DNA of 27,491 nt, from positions 1-27,491 of the IMG/VR virus record IMGVR_UViG_3300046788_000224. The stretch is one strand, 5' to 3'. Both the position numbers and the translations under genes were made by a program. Shown here one piece after another: positions 22,129 through 27,491 of the stretch. The stretch's first letter is position 1; every line of letters starts with the position of its first letter. Source of the stretch: a virus. Its lineage: Duplodnaviria > Caudoviricetes. Under the pieces are notes generated by a model. The model made no database searches and was not told the origin of the DNA. It saw nothing but the letters and a program-made list of their open reading frames with translations.

Positions 22129-24471
22129 TCATCCACCACCGCCTTGCGCCGGCTGCATCTTGGGTCGGCGGTTGATCTCGGCTTGCACCGCGTCGAGGTG
22201 CAGCTGCCGTTGCTCCTGGCTGCCGTAGCGCGGATTGGTCTTGATGTCGTTGACCAGCGCAGCCAAACCTTGCGGGGTCATGCCACCGAGCGTGGCTGGC
22301 GTCGGCACCGGAACGGTCGGCAGATTGCCGGCGCGCTCGGTCGGCGCAGCGCCTGGCACCGGATTGCGTCCACCGACGCCGGTTCCGCTGCTCAGTCGCT
22401 GCCGCGACTGCTGCCATTGCTGCATATACTGTTTGACCATCTCGTCGGGATCTGGCGTCACCAGATTGGGATCGACGCCACGCCCTTTTGCCATGTCCCG
22501 ATACATATTGCTCGCGACGCTGAACCCGGCCCGCTGGCCCTCGGCCTCGGTGGTCACGGTATCGATGACGTGCTGCACGACATCCGGCGTCAAATACCGG
22601 TCGCCGGTCAGCTTCGCGATGATCTGCTGCACTCGCTCGCCTGGGCCGCCGGTCGTCAGAATGAGATTCTGGCCGTCCTCGCTCAGCGCCGCGGTTGGAT
22701 TGTTGAATTTTTCAAATGCCGCCAAGATTGATTTGTCGTCGGTGGCGGTGCGCGACGGGTCCGCAGCCATATTGATGATGCGCCCGACATAGCCGATGCC
22801 CTGCTGGAACTGCTGGATCCGCGGATCCGCCTGCGCCTTCGTATGCAGGAAATCCATCGCCTGCTGCTGCTGCGGCGTCACCACGGTGGGACCGCCTGGC
22901 GTCGCGGCCAGCGGCGGACCGGCGCCACGCTCAAGAGGAATCGTTATTATTTTTCCAGTATACTGGCCGCGCTGATAGGTCGTCCCGGTGCGATAGGCAT
23001 CGCCGACGCCGCCCTGATCGGACGGCTTTTGCGCCTCTTCGGGGGTCAGCGTTACCATCGGCTCGGGTGGTGCGCTCGGTGTTTCAAATTTGACTATTTT
23101 TCCGGTGCCGCCGTCGCGCGTCACCACGATGTCCTGCCACTTCGGAACGTTGGCAAACATCCGCGCGCGCTCTTCCTGCGTCGGCGAATCGATGTATTGC
23201 GGGCCGGTCGGCGATGCCTCGGTCTGACCCTGCGACGTGACCTGCGTGCCAGGCAGCGCGCCCGGCCGATAGGTCGGCATCACGGCTTTCTTCTCGATGT
23301 AATCCTTGATCGCAGCGGCGTAAGTCACGCCGGGATCGGCTGACTGCAGAGCGGCGTTGCGCGCCGCCAGCTCGACATCGCGCGGTACCTGCAGCCCCGG
23401 CATCCCCGCAACATTCACCATCGGCCCCCCTGGGGCGCCTACGGAGGCGCCTGGCGGCGTCGCAGCACCGGAGGCGCCGACAATGCGCCCAGAGGCGTCG
23501 GCGACCTGTACGCGCTTGGCAGGGTTGAGCGCGAGCTGTACGCCGGCAGTCACATCGTGAGGGTCAAGCGCCGCCGGGCCGCTCTCATGCGGTCGCATCG
23601 CCAGGATATATTTCGACAGAATGCTGGCGTCGTGGAAATCCAACGGCGCATCAGGGTCGACACCGAGCGCCTTCGCCACGTCGCCGATATAGGAGCCTGA
23701 AGCCGCCGGGGTTCCGGCGACATTCGGTATCGCAACGCCTTTCGCGTCAGTGCCGGTCAGGTTCGCCTTCGGATCACTGACCCAGCGCGTGACCTGGCCC
23801 CTCACCGTGTTGAGGCCATGCTGATCTTGGTTGGTGATCAGCTGACCAGCATTAGCGGCGATGCCGCTTGGCATGTCAGGGAACACCGCGAGCGTCCGAC
23901 CGCCACTCAGCGGCAGCCTGCCGGTCGCGCCGGGTTGAAACGCATACATGAGGTTGCCGGGATTGTTCGCTTGATCTCCAGCCACAACCGATGAGTCCCG
24001 CTCGATGACCGGCGGCGAAGCGGCTAGGCGCGTGTCTGGGACTGCAGGAGCGCCGCCCGTCGTATCAGCGGCGGCACTGACGCCGCCACGCAATAAATTC
24101 GCAGCGTTTACGCGACGGTTGAAATCAAACATTTTCACCTGCAGGTCGAGGTTCTGGCCTTCCAACTGCTGCTGCGCGCGCTCCTGCAGATAGGGCAAGA
24201 TGCCGGTCTGCACCGCGGCGCCACGCGCGCTGCCGAGCGCCCCCAGGATCGCCTGGGCGGTGGTCGGTGGCGGCCCGAGCGTCGGTGCGCCGGCATTCGC
24301 CAGCGTGTTGCCGGCCGCCAAGATGGCCGCCATCGTCGTGTTAGGATCATTGGGCTGCGCCACACCACCAGACAACGCCGAGCCAATCGAGCCGAGCAGC
24401 GTCTGGAGCCCGGTCGGATCGTCGCCGGGCTGTTGCCCGCGCAGCAGTGTGGGATCGAGCAGCGATGGCAT
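22129..24471 (-). CDS. Putative ejection / internal virion protein with lysozyme-like domain (780 aa)
   Basis: NNPGNL...FPDM.SGI.A...GLNTV.....W...Y...VAKALGVDP..PL...HES at ~23570-23970. Confidence 0.7.
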   Translation of the reverse strand: MPSLLDPTLLRGQQPGDDPTGLQTLLGSIGSALSGGVAQPNDPNTTMAAILAAGNTLANAGAPTLGPPPTTAQAILGALGSARGAAVQTGILPYLQERAQQQLEGQNLDLQVKMFDFNRRVNAANLLRGGVSAAADTTGGAPAVPDTRLAASPPVIERDSSVVAGDQANNPGNLMYAFQPGATGRLPLSGGRTLAVFPDMPSGIAANAGQLITNQDQHGLNTVRGQVTRWVSDPKANLTGTDAKGVAIPNVAGTPAASGSYIGDVAKALGVDPDAPLDFHDASILSKYILAMRPHESGPAALDPHDVTAGVQLALNPAKRVQVADASGRIVGASGAATPPGASVGAPGGPMVNVAGMPGLQVPRDVELAARNAALQSADPGVTYAAAIKDYIEKKAVMPTYRPGALPGTQVTSQGQTEASPTGPQYIDSPTQEERARMFANVPKWQDIVVTRDGGTGKIVKFETPSAPPEPMVTLTPEEAQKPSDQGGVGDAYRTGTTYQRGQYTGKIITIPLERGAGPPLAATPGGPTVVTPQQQQAMDFLHTKAQADPRIQQFQQGIGYVGRIINMAADPSRTATDDKSILAAFEKFNNPTAALSEDGQNLILTTGGPGERVQQIIAKLTGDRYLTPDVVQHVIDTVTTEAEGQRAGFSVASNMYRDMAKGRGVDPNLVTPDPDEMVKQYMQQWQQSRQRLSSGTGVGGRNPVPGAAPTERAGNLPTVPVPTPATLGGMTPQGLAALVNDIKTNPRYGSQEQRQLHLDAVQAEINRRPKMQPAQGGGG

Positions 24472-24474
24472 CTG

Positions 24475-24780
24475 CTATCTCAACAGGCTGACGCGCGGCG
24501 CCTGGATGCCGGTCTGAAACGGCTGGCCCATCGCCGCCGCCTGGTTCGCTCGCATCTGCAGGATGGTCGACAGCAGGTTGTTCGGCTGGCCGGGACTCAG
24601 CTGCGGCGCCGGCCCCGAGCGCATATAGCCGGCTGAGCTGCCAGCACCCTGCCCGGCGAAGCTCGAGCCCGCCGCGGAAAACGCCTTCTGCAGCTGTCCC
24701 AATTGGTCGTTGTTCAGCCCCAAGAGGCTGGCCAGCTCGTTGGTGGTTTGCGGCACCGGAGCCGAGATCGGGTCAGCCAC
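24475..24780 (-). CDS. Hypothetical virion-module protein (101 aa)
   Basis: GAGGAG RBS before GTG 24780; in operon. Confidence 0.7.
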   Translation of the reverse strand: MADPISAPVPQTTNELASLLGLNNDQLGQLQKAFSAAGSSFAGQGAGSSAGYMRSGPAPQLSPGQPNNLLSTILQMRANQAAAMGQPFQTGIQAPRVSLLR

Positions 24781-24795
24781 TGTCGTTTCTCCTCA

Positions 24796-25968
24796 TCATA
24801 AGCCGGCGGCTAACAGCGGCAGGAAGCCCCCCGCACCTGCGCTGGCGGCCGACGCTGCCAGCGCAGAGTCGAGCGCGACCTCCCCTCCGATGGCACCAAG
24901 CCCGCCACCCAGGCCGCCCAGTGACCCGGCGGCAAGTGCCCCCGTGCCGCCGGCCAATGCGCCAGACCCACCGAATATCGGCCCCAGCGAACCAAACAGA
25001 CCAAGCGCGCTGAACGGTCCCTGCGAACCGGCCAGCCCGGTCGGACCGAACAGCGCGCCCTGGCTGCCGAACAAGCCGCCCGAGCTGAACAGGTTGGCGC
25101 CTGCGCCAGCCAGGCCGAGACCCGCGCCGACATTGCCGAGCAGGTTCGCGGTCTGGTTTTGCGCGTAGGGCTGCGTCGATGTCGTCTGCGTGCCGAAAGG
25201 CGTGCCCTGCAGCCCGCCCTGCGCGATCGCCAGCTGCTGGTAGGGCCAATTCTGCTGGGCCTGCCAGCGCGCGAGCGCGTCAGCCAGCGTCGCCTGCTCC
25301 TGCGTCTGTTGCGCGCCGCCCGCGCCGATCGCCGCCTGCGCGCCGGTCAGCGCGGCCTGCTGGCCGCCGGTCGCCAGCGCCGCCTCGGCGCCCGACTGCT
25401 TTAGCGCCGCGTCCATGGCGGTATTCCAGCCCTGCGACTCAATTTGCGCCACCGTCTGGCCGATATTCCGTTGTGTTTCAGAATCTAACAGCCCTTCCTC
25501 GACGCCGTAGCGCGTACCACCAAATGCGCCTTGGCCGACTGCGCCGGACTGCAGGTTCGTGCGCGCGATGTCGCCTTGCCGCTGGATGTTGGAAACCGCC
25601 GCGCCCTCGACGTCCTTGAGATAGGGGCTGAGCAGCGACTGCGTGGTCGCCGGCAGGTTCTCGACCTGGCCGAGCGCGGTCTGGAACACCGGCTGCGTGG
25701 CGTTGAGCTGCGATCCGGCGACGTCGTAGCCGGCCTGCTGCAGCGGCGTGACCGGCGCGACCGTCTGGCCAGGGAATTGCTGGAACGGCTGGTTCGACAG
25801 GTCTTCGGCGCGCCCGATATTGCGCTGCGCCAGATCCTGAATGAACGGCGGCAGGACGACCTGATTGGTGACTGACGACGTCGTGTTCGCCGGAATGCTG
25901 CTCCCGCCGCCCTTGCCGCGGGGAACGCTGGCCGGGTTGAGATAGGGCGGCCGCCAGAACCCGGTCAT
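24796..25968 (-). CDS. Putative ejection protein (Gln/Gly/Ala-rich, GKGGG N-terminal motif)
   Basis: ATGA overlap with the GNAT-like gene; GKGGGS, LP.F, GAFGG.R motifs; Gly-rich hydrophobic C-terminus. Confidence 0.7.
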   Translation of the reverse strand: MTGFWRPPYLNPASVPRGKGGGSSIPANTTSSVTNQVVLPPFIQDLAQRNIGRAEDLSNQPFQQFPGQTVAPVTPLQQAGYDVAGSQLNATQPVFQTALGQVENLPATTQSLLSPYLKDVEGAAVSNIQRQGDIARTNLQSGAVGQGAFGGTRYGVEEGLLDSETQRNIGQTVAQIESQGWNTAMDAALKQSGAEAALATGGQQAALTGAQAAIGAGGAQQTQEQATLADALARWQAQQNWPYQQLAIAQGGLQGTPFGTQTTSTQPYAQNQTANLLGNVGAGLGLAGAGANLFSSGGLFGSQGALFGPTGLAGSQGPFSALGLFGSLGPIFGGSGALAGGTGALAAGSLGGLGGGLGAIGGEVALDSALAASAASAGAGGFLPLLAAGL

Positions 25969-26333
25969 GACACGAGATCCTTCACGAACGCGGTGCCCCA
26001 CGGGCGATACCCGTAGCGCTTCAGCACGCGCAGCCAGCCGGGCCGGCCGATGCCGATCGCCCGCGCGCAGCCTTGCATGCGCGCCCAGCGCTCGATCTGC
26101 GGCTGCAATGCGAGCGTGTCCTCGAGCTTGCCCGCGACCAGCCAGTAGTTGATCACGTTGAAATTAGGGAAGCTACGCAACTCAGTGACGATCGCACCGT
26201 CGCCCTCCCGCCACCATTGCGCCCGCCCGTCGAGCAGCATCGGCACCACGTCGCGCGCGAAATCATGCGTGCCGCCGGCATAGGCCAACGCCTGCTGAAA
26301 TTTAGGGACAAAAAATTCTTCGTCGCGGCTCAT
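25965..26333 (-). CDS. GNAT-like fold protein typical of podovirus virion modules
   Basis: AIVTE, WLVAG.L, E.WAR..GC....IGRPGW.RVL..YG pattern; precedes ejection genes. Confidence 0.7.
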   Translation of the reverse strand: MSRDEEFFVPKFQQALAYAGGTHDFARDVVPMLLDGRAQWWREGDGAIVTELRSFPNFNVINYWLVAGKLEDTLALQPQIERWARMQGCARAIGIGRPGWLRVLKRYGYRPWGTAFVKDLVS

Positions 26334-26602
26334 CAGAACTGCCTCGTCGGCGGCAGCTGCGTGACCACCAACGCGCCGGCATCCGTGACGGTCAGCAGGA
26401 AACCGATGCGCGATGGCGACAACAGCACCACACCGGGGAATGTCGGCTGCGCCAGTGCCTTCACGTTGGTCGCATCAGCGCGCTCGATGAGGTCCATCGC
26501 GGCGTTGACGTCGATCGAATCAGGCGACTGCCCGCGCACACGCGGCAGCCGCAGCGCCTGCGTGGCGCCGCGCGCGGTCGGCGCATTATGTGTGCCACTC
26601 AT
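26333..26602 (-). CDS. Small tail-associated protein (89 aa)
   Basis: ATG 26602 overlapping the upstream stop; VVL.SP....F.LTV.D.GAL beta-rich motif. Confidence 0.65.
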   Translation of the reverse strand: MSGTHNAPTARGATQALRLPRVRGQSPDSIDVNAAMDLIERADATNVKALAQPTFPGVVLLSPSRIGFLLTVTDAGALVVTQLPPTRQF

Positions 26603-27491
26603 CGTCCGGCCCCCGGCACCATATCGAGCCGCATGCGGCCCAGCTCCCACGGACCGTCAGCCGCTGCCTCGATGCGCAGACGGATGGCGCGCGCCTCGAA
26701 CAGTGCATCGACGATCCCGTCGGTGCGCGTGTAGGGATAGACGCCATAGTCCTCGAGGACGTCCTCCGGCTCCCACTGGCCGTAGAAATGGTATTGGATG
26801 CTGGTCGGATTGCGCGCGATGTCGGGGATCACGCTGCGCACGCAGACTCCCTGGTCGCCCTCGCCGAGCTGAATATCCCCGGTCTCAGCGAATATCTGGG
26901 GAAACCGCGGATTGCCGTTGTCGGTCCAGCCCTGCTCGTGCTCGTACAAGAACCCGTTAACATCACCCATGATCGGCAAACCAAACGCACCAGGCTCGGT
27001 CACCGACGTGCGCGCCAGGCGCCCTAGGCTCCAGACGTTGTCGGCGTAGTTCCACAGCACATAGCGGTTCGGCTCCTGGGAGGATTCATCCGGCCAGAGC
27101 CACCAAAGCTCAGGAAATTCGCCATTGTGCCCGCAGACCGTGCGCCCCTGCGTCTGTCGGTTGATCATGGTGAACACATAATCAGCGACGTCGCTCTGCA
27201 TTGGCCGCGGCACACCGTCCCACGCCCAAAAACATTGCTGGCCCATCCACGCGGTGTGCCCGAGCATGCTGCACATCGCCTGCGGCCCGACCGGGCCGCA
27301 GCCTTCGCCCACCTTGGCGAGGCCATAGCAGTATGGCGCGCCAACAAAAGACAGCAGATGCACGTCGTCGGTGCAGAAGATCAAAACCCCCTGCGGCACG
27401 CGGCGCGCGGCGATCGCCATGCCGGTTGTTTTCAGCTGCAACGATCCAGCGAGATTGGAGATCGTCGGCGCCCACGTCGTGAGGTTCTCGA
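26599..27491 (-). CDS. Tail tubular / packaged-DNA stabilisation protein (P22 gp10-like), 5' end beyond window
   Basis: Frame open to the right edge (..ENLTTWAPTISNLAGSLQL..); beta-propeller-like motifs (GCG.VG, AWMG...F..WDG, ELWW.WP, RYV.WNY..N.WS.G, W.LGR.R.D..P...R). Confidence 0.75.
   Translation of the reverse strand, partial: ENLTTWAPTISNLAGSLQLKTTGMAIAARRVPQGVLIFCTDDVHLLSFVGAPYCYGLAKVGEGCGPVGPQAMCSMLGHTAWMGQQCFWAWDGVPRPMQSDVADYVFTMINRQTQGRTVCGHNGEFPELWWLWPDESSQEPNRYVLWNYADNVWSLGRLARTSVTEPGAFGLPIMGDVNGFLYEHEQGWTDNGNPRFPQIFAETGDIQLGEGDQGVCVRSVIPDIARNPTSIQYHFYGQWEPEDVLEDYGVYPYTRTDGIVDALFEARAIRLRIEAAADGPWELGRMRLDMVPGAGR

Noticed and set aside
1-27491. Genome-wide TAG reassignment (genetic code 15-like)
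   Set aside because: Large genes contain no in-frame TAG, several genes end plausibly at TAG (17743, 19478, 11215), and no suppressor tRNA is visible; only local read-through remains possible

Overview
This GC-rich window is a contiguous ~27.5 kb piece of a temperate, short-tailed (P22/podovirus-like) dsDNA phage, most likely infecting an Alphaproteobacterium (it carries a GcrA-like gene). Read on the minus strand from right to left, it contains the end of the virion module (tail/DNA-stabilisation protein, GNAT-like protein, three large ejection-type proteins and a Pro-rich repeat protein), then an AT-rich regulatory interval, a radical SAM gene and a RyR-motif gene. A plus-strand block follows (cI-like repressor, xis-like gene, tyrosine integrase, multi-HTH gene). 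Then come cro, a Toprim primase and a P-loop helicase separated by a four-gene cassette (Acb2/Tad1-like protein, two membrane proteins, Zn-ribbon protein), a palindromic IHF-flanked candidate origin, GcrA-like and DUF6496-like genes, terS, terL, a Tae2/BPSL0067-like amidase (candidate endolysin) and the portal. Tail genes run into the early region with no host genes between them, suggesting the unintegrated (attP-intact) arrangement; capsid genes lie outside the window. All assignments come from motif recognition by eye; no database searches were run.
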